This document shows, in pieces, positions 12,468 through 25,738 of a DNA stretch of 64,000 nucleotides. Made by a program: the position numbers and the translations under genes. Position 1 is the first letter of the stretch. Every line of letters starts with the position of its first letter. Source of the stretch: Chiloscyllium plagiosum (Eukaryota); the NCBI RefSeq assembly GCF_004010195.1, contig NC_057749.1, forward strand, positions 16,370,524 to 16,434,523, read 5' to 3'. The notes beneath the pieces are model-generated. The model had not been told where the DNA came from, made no database searches, and saw nothing but the letters and a program-made list of their open reading frames with translations.

Positions 12468-13899
12468 CTTTGAAAGAGCAGTTGAACATTCAGAGGAAAA
12501 TTCAAGAGAAGAAAAGATCTTTCAACTCCTGGCACTGATACCTTAAATTTCCTTTCAACATATGCTGTCATACTGAGGTTTCTCAATATTTGTGCACATC
12601 ATTAATATTCCAATAACAGAGCAAAATACTGCAATCTGTCTGATTAAAACACTTCTCCAGGTAGTTAGGGATGGGCAGCAAATGCAGACCTTGCTAGCGA
12701 TGCTCACATCTCCTGAATGAATAAAAGAAAATAGATACAGCCACTCATGTTAAAGTATTACATAACCTGTCACATAAAAATACAGTAGGTACATTAGAAA
12801 ATCACCAACAGGGTTACTGCAAAGAAGTAATTTAATCTGCTGAATAATAACATTTTCTGCTCTCTCTTATGGGAGGAGCTGTCTTCCAGAGGTCTTTCTG
12901 TGACATTAAATCAGATCACAAAAATAAATTCTGAAACAATATTCAGCCAGAGTACCAAAGCCTTCTTATTGCAGTACCAGCCAACATCTGGATTTCCTGA
13001 TATTTTATTTGTTACAAAGCATAATTAAAACAGAATTAGTAACTCATTGCATTATTTAACAATAACGTTTATTGACAAGTGCATAAAGCGTTGCAATTGA
13101 ATTAATCAGATTCAAAAGACAGGTCCTGAAAAGTCAGCCGACAGAGGTGAATGGGATAGGCATTCATTGTCAACAACTGCTCTGTGACCTACAACAGAAT
13201 TGAAGAATTATCATTTAACATCTTTCACTGAACATCTTCATTCCACTTGTTCCTTTTCAGTTTTCCAAACATTTTGTACTCGCCAAGGTGAGGGATGCTA
13301 ATAGATCACAGCACTTTCATTTTGAGCACATAATGGCTGCAACAAGAATCTCCAGGTCAGATTGAACAGTTACATGCAGATATGGGTACTGTCTATTCTG
13401 TTCTATTGCATCAGTACCTCACCTTCCCATATCAGTGATTTTCCTTGCTTGAGATTCAACATAAGCTTTGCCTTGAGAATGCTCAATTCCTTTGATCTCA
13501 GATCCTAACAGCCAACAGAGGGGATACAATTCCCTTTCACCTTAGCTGGATTTGAAACTCTGATCCTGTGGGAATACACCTAATGACCCTCCATTCCAAT
13601 TTGTCCTATGAAAAATCTTAAGTATTTATCAAAGTTTTTACAAGTTGCTATCAATTTCACCTAACTAATTGAACTCTCCTATTCTGGCCAACTCGTATTT
13701 GGAAATTAAGGCAATTAGGTCAGACTTGCATGCACCCATCCACTCGTTGGTCATAGGCTAGAGAAGGATCAACTAACAGAGAGCAAATTCCTTTGACATA
13801 GGATAGGATTGCTATATACAGGAGTCACTAAATGAGATTCATATGCCATTGTTCAGTCATGACATCCTAGTAACTCATGCCTATTAGTTCATAACAGTC

Positions 13900-14500
13900 A
13901 TTCATTTGTTCTGTTTGAATCTTATTGGACACCTTTATAAGTCACTTTGGCAGTGGATAATTTCCAGAATACAGCAACAGGACACAATGGCACCATCAAC
14001 CTGAGATACATGCACATGTGTGAGAACATGAATTTAAGCTTTGTCTGGGGAGTTTGAGACTCCACTGTGTGCAAATAGGAGGTGCATACAGACAAAACAT
14101 GGATCATCCTCCAAGTGCACACCTAGCCATCCAACCTCAACTCTCTGTAGGATTAGCTACTTTCAGTTACAGCTGTGATTGAACAATTACAATTGACACA
14201 AGCACCACAGGGAAGAATTTTTAAAAGATAGCTATGGTTCCCACTCCTTATCGGTAACTAGTATGAGGTGCTGGAACATGAATTGGGGTAATTTTTGTGC
14301 AACAAGTAAACATCTCCCCATTATACAGCCACTGCAAAAATGTGACAAGATTGCTGGTGGGAGCAAGTTAACAACACTCCCTCATCAACCCTCACTTTTA
14401 ATGACACCCACAACAACCAAATATCAACAATGCAATCAAATGCATGAGACCAGCAGAATGACTATGGAGCATGTCCTAGGGCTGTACAGTCAGAAATAAA
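13900..14500 (+). mobile_element. Degenerate PIF/Harbinger transposase relic
   Basis: ORF 14263-14499 contains LLMTP...QCNQMHETSRMTMEHVLGL, resembling the Harbinger LMTP..YN..H..TR..IE..FG.L motif; a GSHSL remnant lies near 14237. Confidence 0.5.
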
Positions 14501-14534
14501 GCTGTCAGAGGAGGCAAAGCAATAGTAGGAAGAC

Positions 14535-14945
14535 AAACTTGCATTTATGTAGCACCTTTCAACTGACCCAGAACTTCCAAAGCACTTTATAGGCAATCAT
14601 ACACTTTTGGAGTATTGTCATGGTTATAGTGTAGGAAATGTAGCAGCCAATGTGTGCACAGTAAACTTCCACAAACAGCAATTTAATAATACCCATAAGT
14701 TTGGTTTTTAGTCAAGGACACAGAATAGCTCTCCTGCTCTTCTTCAAAACACAGCCAGGGATTAACTGTGTTCAGCTGGAGTAGTTGGAGCCTGTTGAAT
14801 ATCTCACCTGAAGGATAACACCGCCGACACTGGAAACTCCTGCACTGGAAAGTCAACCTGCATTTGTGGTGAAGTCTCTGTCTTGAGGACCTGAACCCAC
14901 AATTTTCTGACTCAGAGGCAAAAGTGCTACCCACTCAGCCACAGC
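14535..14945 (-). mobile_element. DeuSINE copy
   Basis: Reverse complement of the pattern at 8140-8550 (gcatttatgtagcacctttc...ccacaaacagcaat...gctacccactcagcca). Confidence 0.6.
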
Positions 14946-16793
14946 AATAGTGCATGGCTTGATTGGGGTGTGTGTGGTGAAAGCAAAGGGAGTCCAGCAC
15001 AACATCTCAGCCAGAAATGCATGGATTGGCACTTCCAACGACATGCTCACCCCTTCCTCTGAACAGTTAATCAAGATTACTCTCAGCATTAACTGTCTTT
15101 GTTACTTCTTTCAGCAGTCATTTAATAATTTTATGAAATGACATTCCCTTACAGGTTGACTCAATGACATACAGACCCAGAAACTACAAAATGCATAGAA
15201 TTTAATTCCAGAGACCATCATTGCCTTCCGGTCATTCATCATTAATTGTCAACCAATGAATCTTCTTTATTAGGATGCTTCCTAACTGTGCAACTCCTAA
15301 TGAATGTAGGTTTCTCTTGTTCATGCAGGTAGCTTTGAGATGCTGGTGCCTGGTGACCTCTAGGAGAAAGTGAGGACTGCTTAGCAACACATTTTTAAGC
15401 CTGGTGGCCTCTGGGTAGTTCAGCCCATGATGTCCCAGGTGAGACTGCTGCACCATGTGGTGGCCTGGGCAGTCTGTCGCATTGAATGCTCTGTAATCAT
15501 GAAAGGTTGACAGCATAGCAAAGGAGCATGTGTGCTGGCATCCTGAGAGAAAGCAACACATATTGCATCCAATGTGCTAAATTGTACCTGGGGTGGGCAT
15601 TGGGTGATGCACTCATCAGTCTCACCGATCTGTGGGGGAGCAGACTGCAGGCGATCAGTGACTCCTTTAAAGTTGCTGCCCATTTGACCCACCAACCCTT
15701 CCAGGCTGTCTCTCTTTCTCAGAGATGGAGCCTAATGACTGCATAACAGCTTTTTTTAATGCATTCTTTTATAGGATGGGCGTTATCAGCAAGGTCAGCA
15801 CTGGTTGTCCATCCCAATTGCCTTTAACTGAGTGGTTTGCTAAGTGATTGCAAAGGGCAGTTATGAGTCAACTGTTGTGGGTCTGGAGTCACATGTAAGC
15901 CAGACTGAGTAAGAACAGCATATTTCCTTCCCTAAAGGACATTGGTGAACCAGACATTGTTAACCATGAAACAGACAGTAGTTGTTAATTCCAGAATACT
16001 AATCGAATTTAAATTCCACCAGCTGTCTCTCCAGATTCCGCCTTAGCTCCAGAGTGTAGTGATGCTCACTCTCTTGTGAAGGCCTAGTTGTATGTCCCTG
16101 AGATAGCCAGTGAGAACTGATAGTGGTGATTACAATGTGAAATGACAGACAGAAAGCAGACTTCTCTATAACCCAGTGATTGTGCTGAAGCAACTTTAGC
16201 AGGCCTGCCTATACCTGCTATAACTGCCTATGTCAGGGATACAGTGTTATTTTCTTGTCTGGATCCTTGACAGTCTGTCATACCCAGTAGTGCTGGGCAT
16301 GGACATCACCTCCAGTGAGCTGAATTGGTTCTCTGCTGCTGTGCCACCAGTATCTGTTGCTGATGCTCACTTTAGCCAGATCTTTCACCAGAAGCAGACC
16401 CTTTTGGTTGACTCTCTAACTCAATGCAGAGTACTAATGTCTGAGTTGGTGCCTGGGAGCATTGGAACCTGGGACGCTGCATCCAGTATCGAACTATGCT
16501 CCTCCAAGGAACATTTTGCAAGTTCCAATGCTGGGAAGATTCTAGAGGGAAAGGAAAAGCAACAAAAGTTAAGGTGGCACTGAAGGCTGGTCTTAATGGG
16601 TGACAGTAATAACAATGTTGCTGTTGTGAAGGATGTTAACTACTTGATGAGATGAATGAAGGGACACAGGGACACAAGTAATTTGTAGATACTTTGTTAA
16701 GATAGGCAGCCACTGCTGTCTTCCCTGATGTATTTTGATCAGACCACTGTTCAGCTCAAGTGAGACCCGCAGTGTTGGATCCTTCTTTTGTTC

Positions 16794-16794
<1 letters not shown>

Positions 16795-16859
<65 letters not shown>
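16795..16859. repeat. (AG)n microsatellite, about 32 units
   Basis: Uninterrupted ag run seen directly. Confidence 0.98.
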
Positions 16860-16862
<3 letters not shown>

Positions 16863-17589
16863 ACTGTCAGTGAGCAGTTGTTGGAAAGCCAAGTGGAAAT
16901 ATTTAGAGTTTGTATGAGTGCTAGGGTGTGAGACGAGAATGATGGGCAGTTAAAAAAGAGCAAAGGAAGAGATGAGTACATTGGAAAGAGAAAGAGAACT
17001 GCTGCAGTTTGCTCATGTGAGTTAACTGAAGAATGTGGTGGAGGGAAGGGAGTGTGTTGCAGAAAGGGTGGTTTCTCAAAAGAGCTGGAGAGAATGAAGA
17101 GTGATACTCACCCCAGGTGCCCTTTGTGTTGGCTTTCTGTATGACATTACCATCAATCCTTATTACCTTTACAAAGAAGTATAAGAAGTTACTTTTATAT
17201 GTTTTCTACCTTTGATCAAAGATTGAGCATGTGGAAAATTGATACATTTTGTAGCACTTTGAATGGAATCTATGAAATGCGATAATAAAGCAGTGCCACT
17301 TAGAGGCTATGTGTATAAAATTTATGCATTAAAGATTCTTAGATACAAAGGAGTCCTTCAGTAGATTGCAAGTATGTCGCATTGTTTGCTTTCACTAACC
17401 TCAAATACAGTAGCTCAATCATCCCAAAGTAGATCCAGATATGATAAACGTGGCACATTTCTTTTCCTGAAGGATATTATTCGACTGAATAATTTTTAAC
17501 ATTATTCTAATAACTAAATGGCCACCATTATCATGGAATCACAGAATATTTACAGCACTGAGAGAAGCCCCTTAGTCCATGTTTGCATT

Positions 17590-17768
17590 GCACCCCCCAC
17601 CTCCCATTTATCTCAGCACCCTTGGGCTACCCCCTCATTCCTGCTGAAGAGCTCATGCTTGAAACGTTGTCTCTCCTGCTCCTTGGATGCTGCCTGACCG
17701 GTTGTGCTTTTCCAGCACCACAGAGCTTTCGATTCTGATCTCCAGCATGTGCAGTCCTCACTTTCTCC
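17590..17768 (+). mobile_element. Neptune-type PLE 3' terminus with hammerhead-like motif, nested in a CR1 fragment
   Basis: Nearly the same sequence as 26450-26600; CTGCTGA-A-GAGC-TCAT-GCTT-GAAA-CGTT at 17641-17668, followed by the tail tctgatctccagcatgtgcagtcctcactttctcc. Confidence 0.75.
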
Positions 17769-17769
17769 A

Positions 17770-18670
17770 TAAATCATCTAGCCTGATCACACTATTCAGC
17801 TTTTGGTCCATATCCCTGCAAGTTACAGCACTTGTAATATACATACCTTTTAAATGAATCTAGGATTTCTGTGTCTTTGAATCTTTTAGACAATGAGTTC
17901 CAGACCCCTACCGTCTTCAAGGCGAAAAAATCTTCCCTCACCTCTAGACTTCCTACCATTCACTTTAAAATCAATGCCATAGTCACTGACTGTTCTTCTA
18001 CAAGTAAATAGGCCCTTCTTATCCACTCAAATAGACATTCTCAATTTTGTATATCTCAATCAAAACTCCCCTCAGGCAGCTCTGTTCCAAGGAGAACAAC
18101 CCCAGTCTATCAAATCTTTCCTCATGGTTGCACAATTCCTGGTAACATTCTCGTAAATCTCTTCTACACCCCTTCTGGTATAATTACGTACTTTTTGCAG
18201 CGAGGTGACCACAGTACTCAAATTGTGGCCTGACAAATGATTTCCACACTTGCAGCTAACCACCCTGCTTTTATAATCTATACGTCAGGTAGTAACACAA
18301 TTATTCCTTCCTAATCACTTTATTGATCTGTGCTCGACCTGTAAGTATCTGTGGAAGAAGATCTTCACTTGCTCTACACCTCTCAGTGTCCACCCAATAA
18401 TACCTGTCTTCTTTTGCCTGGTTTGACCTCCCCAAATGCATCACCTCACACTTGAATTCCATTTGACATTTGTATGCTACCCAACTAATCCATTGTTATC
18501 TTCCTGCAATTAAGGACAATCTTCATCATCGCCTGCCAGACGACCATTTTTTGTATCATCAGCAAGCTTCATTATCATGCCCCCAACGTTTATATCCAAA
18601 TTGTTAATACAGACCACAAGAGGCCAGGGGTACTAGTACTGCACCCTGTGGAACCCTACCAGAAACAGTA
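17770..18670 (-). mobile_element. Decayed CR1 LINE fragment
   Basis: Antisense CR1 ORF2 hallmarks (gagttccagacc, cattctcgtaaatctcttctacacc, gtatcatcagcaagctt, gcaccctgtggaacc). Confidence 0.7.
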
Positions 18671-19013
18671 ACTGAAAAACTGAAAGGAGGAATTTCAGCA
18701 GGAAAAATTGTTTCCCCAATATTGTTACCAAAGCATTTTTGATTTATCATCATGTCAGTCATTTAAACTGCAAAAATAATTAGATTTAGCACATGGACCA
18801 TAAATTCCTCTATATGCTGATTTCTACAAGTTGGTTAACAGAATTCAATGGTTAATTAACTTAACACAGAGAGGAATGTCTATCCTTTTCAGTATCCATA
18901 TATAGGGCATCAGGAATCTACCCTGGTTATTTAAAATGCTCTCAAGTATGGTTCCTGTAGCAGGTGGACATCAGTTGAGCGAAATATGCAGTAGTAGGAA
19001 CTGACAACAGTAC

Positions 19014-19191
19014 CTCTTTCTTTAATTTCCTGTAGGTTGAGTCCCCTCGGATCTTCCTGGAGAGTACATCAAGCATTTGCGGCTCGCCTCCTGACTCTCC
19101 TTGCAGGCTGGTGTCCTTTCCTTCTTTCTTCTTCCCCTTTGCCAATTGTTCCTTTGGTTCATTTTTCAGCCGGATCTCCTCCAATTGCTGC
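19014..19191 (-). CDS. TTLL13: TTLL13-like exon 13 (QQLEEIRLKNEPKEQ...LQGESGGE...KLKKE)
   Basis: atcag acceptor, GAG|gtactg donor, 178 nt phase 2-0; QQLEEIRLK and QGES are family motifs. Confidence 0.9.
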
Positions 19192-20016
19192 CTGATCACA
19201 AAGTATCCAATAATTGGTCAATCAGCAAGGACCCGGCACAAATGTGTTACAAATCACACATTTCAATTACCCAATGTAGTGAAAGGTGTATAATTTGGCA
19301 TATTAATATCACTTTTATATATTAATTCCAAGAGTGTTATACGGATGTTGGCTATTTTTGTGGAAAATTTTCTTTTAAAAAAAAATACATTGTTCCAGAA
19401 CAATGACCTAATCCAGTAGGTATCAGAGAGAGTGAGTGACTGGTATGTTAATGAAAAGATGTTTCTACAATGGTATTTATGATAGAGTAAATATATAAGG
19501 CTGAATTTATAGTTCAGAAAAATTGAAGATGAGCAGATTTGTTTTAAATTCAGTATGAAGCAGGATTTTCAGTTCATTTCTAAGACACTAATGTTAAGTT
19601 TTGAAGCAAGTTTATAGTTTCTCTTCCAGAAGTTCAGAAAACAACGCAGTTCAGTGGAAGGGTTAAGTGTGAAACTTCCAAGCCAGACGAATTTGGTTAG
19701 AAATCTGAAGGTTATTGGAATTGAGAATTTTTAGTTCAGAGATTTGTGAAGATTTCACATCAGTATATTTGGAAAGGACTCATCAAACTGTCCCCATATT
19801 CCACAGGAAAGAACCTAGAAGTCAGTTAAGTGAAACCCAAATCGTTGAGATAAGGGGTGTAATTTCTCTGGACTTGAGTTCTCTGTATCAGATAGTGTTA
19901 GGAAACAGATTGAAACATTGCTTTGCTGTGTGTTTTACTATTATTCTAATTTTATATATTTAGATAGCTCTGTTTGTTGTTATTATTTCTTCTTGTGTAC
20001 AATAAACATTGGTTCT

Positions 20017-22978
20017 GCGACTTTGAGAAGATCTGTAGCTCAGGATGAGATTCAGGTTGTAAGTTTGCCGACTGTGCTGGAAGGTTGGTTTTCAGACATT
20101 TCATCACTATGCTAGGTACCGTCATGAGTGAGGCTCTGGTGAAGCGCTGGTGTTCTGTCCCATTTTCTACATTTGCATCTTGGTCTGTTAAGGTGTGTAA
20201 TATTATTTCTGTTTTTGTTTCCTCCAAGGTTGATAAATGGGGTTCAAATCGATGGGTTTATTGATGGAGTTCCAGTTTGAATGCCAGGCCTCTAGGAATT
20301 CCCATGCGGTCTCTGGATAGCCTGCCCCAGGATGGATGTGTTGTCCCAGTCGAAGTGGTGTCCTTATTCGCCTGTATGTAAGGTTACTAGTGATAGTGGG
20401 TCGTGTCGTTTAGTGGTTAGTTGGTGTTCGTGCATCCTAGCGACTAGTTTTCTGCCTGTCTATCTGATGTAGTGTTTGTTACAGTCTTTGCACGGTATTT
20501 TGTAAATGACATTAGTTTTGCTGAATGTTAGTATAGGGTCCTTTAGGTTCATCAGTACGTGTTTCAGTGTAGGTAGGTTTGTGAGCTACCATGACGGAGT
20601 AGTCGGTTGCCATTTGATGTATGGTAGTGTGGCAGAGTTTCTGGGCATGTTATGTCTTCTTGTTTGGGTTAGTTATTTAAGAATTGGTGGACTGTATTTA
20701 TCAGGTACCCGGTGTTCTTGAATATGTGGTATAAGTATTTTTCTTTTGCCGCTTGTAGTTCCTCGGTGCTGCAGTGTGTTGTGACCTGTTTAAATAATGT
20801 CAATGCAGCTCTGTTTGTGGGTGTTGGGATGCTTGTTTCTGTAGTTAAGTATCTGATCACTGTGTGTTGCTTTCCTATAGACGCTGGTTTGCAGTTCTCC
20901 ATTACCTGTTCATCCCACTGTGACATCTAGGAAAGTGAGTCTGTTGTTATTCTCCTCCTGATTTGTGAAATTTATGTCAGTAAGGATGTTCTCGATGATG
21001 CTGTAGGTTTCCTCTAATTTGTTCCATTTTGCGATGACAAAAGTGTCAACTACCAACTGGACCCAAAGTTTGGGTTGGATCGTGGAGAGGGCTGTTGGTT
21101 CGAGTCTCTGCATTACTGCTTCTGCTAAGCAGCCTGACATTGGTGATCCCATGGGTGTTCCGTTGATTTGTTTGTAGGTCTTGTCACTGAAAATGAAGTG
21201 AGTAGTGAAGACACATGTCTACTGGCTTTAGGATGTTGTCCTTGCTGATGAAGTTGGTGCTGTCTATTTGTATCCTTGGTTCGTCTAGTAGTGTGGTCAG
21301 TGTTCGTTTGATCAGGCTGATGTTAATTGATGTGAATAGGGCTGTTACATCAAAGGAGACCATTATTTTATCCTCTTTTATTTTGGTGTCTTTGATAATG
21401 TTCAGGAGTTTTTGCTTGGAATGGATGGAGTGGCATGAATCTTCTACCAGGTATTTCAGTTTTCGGTGGAGTTATTTTCTAATCTGTATGTTGGTGTGCT
21501 AGTGAGTGACAGTATGGGTCTGAGGGGGTCTCTGGTTTGAGTACCTTAGTTAATCTGTGGAAACGAGGTGTGTTGTTTCATTTTTCAGAGATCTGTCTTG
21601 TGAATTGCAACCCTGAAAGACAATGGACTCATGGAAGAAACCCAGCAGGCAGACAATTGCACCAACAGTAAGCAGGAAGGAGGCAGTAACACCCTCAACT
21701 CAGAGGAAAGGAAAGCCAGAGAAGGACTTAGAAAAGACAGAAACATGGTAATCCTACCTGCAGACAAAAAGTGCATTACCGTCATCCTAAAGACAACACA
21801 GGACATTGAAAGGGTGAACTCACTGCGCAGACATACTGACACTTAACAGGTGGCAATGGACCAGACTCCACAGCTAGAAAACCGTATCACAGCATCATTG
21901 AAGAAGCTTCACAAATCATGCCAAATTAATAAAACAGATCTCCAAAATATGAAACAGATCCACGATCCAACCCAAACTTTGGGTCCGGTGGGTGGATGAC
22001 ACCTTTGTCATCACAAAACGGACCAAATTAGAGGAAACCTACAACATCATCAACAACATCCTTACTGACATAAATTTCATAAAAGAGATGGGGAACAACA
22101 ACAGACTCCCCTTCTTCGATGTCACACAGACGAACAGGTAATGGAGAACTGCAGACTAGCATCTACAGGAAAGCAACACACAGTGACTAGACATTTAACT
22201 ACAGAAGCAATCATCCCAATGCCCACAAACAGAGCTGCATTAGGACATTAAATAAATGGGCCACAACACACTGCAGCACCCAGGAACTATGAGCAGCAGA
22301 AGAAAAATATTTATACAGTGTACTCAAGAACACCGGGTATCCGATAAACACAGTCCACCAATTCTTAAACAACAAACCAAACAAGTGGACACAACATGCC
22401 CAGAAACTCTAGCTACATTACCATACATCAAAGACATCTCGGAAAATGACAACTAGACTACTCCGACCCCTTGGCATCATGGTAGCTCACAAACTTACCA
22501 ACACACGGAAACAGGTACTGATGAACCTGAAGGACCCTATACCAACAAACAGCAAAACTAATGTCATTTTATAAAATACCCTGTAAAGACTGTAAGAAAC
22601 ACTACAGTGGACAGAAGGGCAGAAAACTAGCCACTAGGATACACGAACACCAACTAGCCACCAAAAGACATGACCCAATACCACCAGTTTCCTTACATAC
22701 AGGCAAAGGAGGAGACCACTGAGTTGAACAACACATCCACCCTAGGACAGGCTAAACAGAGACACGCACGGGAATTCCTAGAGGCTTGGCATTCAAACTG
22801 GAACTCCATCAATAAACACATCGATTTGGTCCCCATTTACCAACCTTGGAGTAGAACAACTGGAAATAATATCGCCCACCTTAACAGACCAAGACAGATA
22901 AATAGAAAGCAGGACAGAACACCAGGTGATGAAATGTCTGAAACCAAACCTTTTAGCGCAGTGAGCAAACTTACAACC
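20017..22978. mobile_element. Penelope/Poseidon-type PLE inserted as a 3-kb inverted pair (minus arm ~20017-21600, plus arm ~21600-22978)
   Basis: Minus arm has RT motifs (SFDVT, MGSPMS, TFLDV). Both arms have GIY-YIG remnants (YKIPCKDC-KHY, REFLEAWHSNWNSINKH). Flanking direct repeat taaacattggt(t/a)ct at 20003-20016 and 22979-22992. Confidence 0.88.
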
Positions 22979-23854
22979 TAAACATTGGTACTGTTAAAGA
23001 AAACCTGCAGCATTATGATTGGCTTGGTGATCAATCATGGTAACTAATGAAACAAATAAAAAATTGATCTATCAAGCTAGGTTTCATTCTAGGATTTAAC
23101 TTGTCCAGGAGCATCACCAACTGATAACAGAACATCCTCTACCTATGAAGACCTTTCCAGTTAATTACAACTAGTATAATTCAAGGTGAGAACTGACCTC
23201 CATATTTGTGGATTATGAGCTGAGAAAAATACAGAGTAGGGTTTGCAGCTCCTGACTGCTTCTTCATGATAGTGTCAGCATGGACATTCTGCAATGACAG
23301 CCTGTGCTCAATGGCACTACTTTCACATCAGAAAGCTTGCTGATACATACGTATGGATGAAAAATTCTACAGACATGATCTCAGCAAGAAAATGATGTCA
23401 GTGGAACCAGACTGCAGGATACATCGCACCATCAGAAAATTGAAACAAAGGAGACTGTCAAGCAGTCTCACCAAGCATTTTCCTCGAAGTAATAATATAC
23501 TTTACTTTTGTATAAATGTCTAGGTATGATGAGGGAATTGAGCCATTTCTGTAAAACAGATAGATGCAATGTTATAAAACAATGCGATAGGGGCTTTGCT
23601 CAGCAGGGCTGTTCAGTGGTAAAGGAACCGGATGTTACTGTCCATTATTCATTGAAGGTCAACAGTCAATGCTGTGTGAATACTGTAAAAGCAAGTATAG
23701 GAGTGTTAACGTGGGTTGACAGGACAATTAAATATGAGACAGGAAATACTATCAGTATCTTTACCATGACTATTAATCAATGCATATTAATGGCAATCAA
23801 GAGGCCCCTCCTAGGTCATAAAAGTCCCTTCAACAGGTTGCCTATAATCCATAC

Positions 23855-24043
23855 CTGGCACATTCTTCCCTTGCTCTGGAAGCGATTGTTTCTTGAAAGA
23901 GTGATCCACTTTGTTTAAAGAAATTGTCATATTTTTCAGAGTTGGATTTTGGGTAAATCCGCTGGAATCCTCCCAGATGTTCCTTTTCATATTTTTCTGC
24001 CTGCTGAAGCCAGGCTAACTGGTGGTTTTCATATTGCTCCCGT
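23855..24043 (-). CDS. TTLL13: TTLL13-like exon 12 (REQYENHQLAWLQQAEKYEKEHLGGFQRIYP...SLFQETIASRAREECA)
   Basis: ccacag acceptor, AG|gtatgg donor, 189 nt phase 2-2; GGFxRIYP and SLFQETxASxAREE motifs. Not in the ORF track; translated by hand. Confidence 0.93.
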
Positions 24044-25738
24044 CTGTGGAAGTAACAGACTTAAAATCAAGGGAGGGTTAATCAGCTATTTTAGCATCAT
24101 CACTTAAATTACCAATAATCGCTTGATAGTAAACGACTTAAATAATGCTGACCAAAAAAAGAGAGATATATTGGGGAAGTTTTTCCATCTTGTAGTCATC
24201 AGGACAGAATCACAAGATTGCCAAAACTGAAAGGGAACAGTAATTTATTCTGCATGAGAAGAGAGTGCTTATTAATGGCAAGTTGGAGGAAGTTCTACAT
24301 GCGAATAAAGGTAGCTTCTAGTATAGGTAAACGGATAATGTTGAACTGGCTGTCAGTGTAGCTTTTAGCACAAATCAGGATTATTTAACAAGTATTGCCT
24401 TAATTATGGAATCACATCTAATGTTGGACACAGCTCTCTGAGTTTTGCAACTAGATGTTGGTTGAGTCAATAATCTGCCTATTGTGAACAGCTAAAGGGA
24501 TGTGCTATTTGATACAATCCACCAGTTGTTAGGATATACAACTCACTGTCACACCAACACGGGTGACTTTTCACTGGCCTCAAAAGTGGCATCACAAATT
24601 GTTCAGCTCTATCAAGGCACTAATGTTTCCAGAAGATAGTCGGCCATACCCTTCTCAACAATAACAATAGCAGCCTGGTCAAAAAGTTAGGTTTTAATAC
24701 TATTTGCAAGACGGAAAGGTCGAGACTTTCAGTGGAGAATTCCAGGACTTCGAGCCCAGGCAGCAGAAAGCATGACCACCAAAGATGGGACAAACCAACC
24801 AACTCGCACACCTACCTGGACTACACCTCCTCCCACCCTACCTTCTGTAAAAATGCTATCCCTTACTCCCAAATCCTCTGCCTCTTCCGCATTTGCTCCC
24901 AGGAGGACCAATTCCACCACAGAACATCCCAGATGGCCTCCTTCTTCAAGGACCACAACTTCCCCTCCCATGTGGTCAACAATGCCCTCCAGCACATCTC
25001 CTCCACTTCCCACACCTCTGCCCTTGAACAACACCCCTCCAATCACAACAAAGACAGAACCCCCCGGTCCTCATCTTCCACCCCATCAACCTCTGGATAC
25101 AACACATCATCCTCCACCATTTCCACCACCTACAAACGGACCCCACTACCGGGGATATATTTCGTCCCCCACCTCTATCTGCAGTCCACAGAGACCATTC
25201 CTTCCACGACTCCCTTGTTAGGTCCACGCCCCCCACCAACCCAACCTCCACTCCCAGCACCTTCGCCAGCCACCGCAAGTAGTGCAAAACCTGCACCCAC
25301 ACCTTCCCTCTCGCGTCCATCCAAGGCCCCAAAGAATCCTTCCACATCAGACAGAGATTTACCTGTACTTCCACACATATCATCTATTGTGTCTATTGCT
25401 CTCGATGTGGTCTCCTTTATATTGGGGAGACTTGCAGAGCATTTCAGAGAACATCTCTGGGACACATGCACTAAACAACCCCACTGCCTTGAGGCCGAAC
25501 ACTTTAACTCACCTCCCACTCCGCCAAGTATATGCAAGTCCTGGGCCTCCTCCATTGCCAAACCCTAACCACCTGATGCCTGGAGGAAGGACGCTTCATC
25601 TTCTGCCTTGGGAGCCTCAAACCACACAGGGTCATTATGGATTTGACTAGTTTCTTCATTTCCCTCCGTCCACCTTATCCCAGATCCAACTCTGCACCGC
25701 CTTCTTGAATTATCCTATTTGTCCATTTTCCTTCCCAC

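Noticed and set aside
16593-16981. ORFs with SLSLSL runs
   Set aside because: Translation of the (AG)n microsatellite.
24732-25650. 278-aa and overlapping Pro/Ser/Thr-rich ORFs
   Set aside because: Frameshifted Penelope RT and GIY-YIG sequence, not a host gene.
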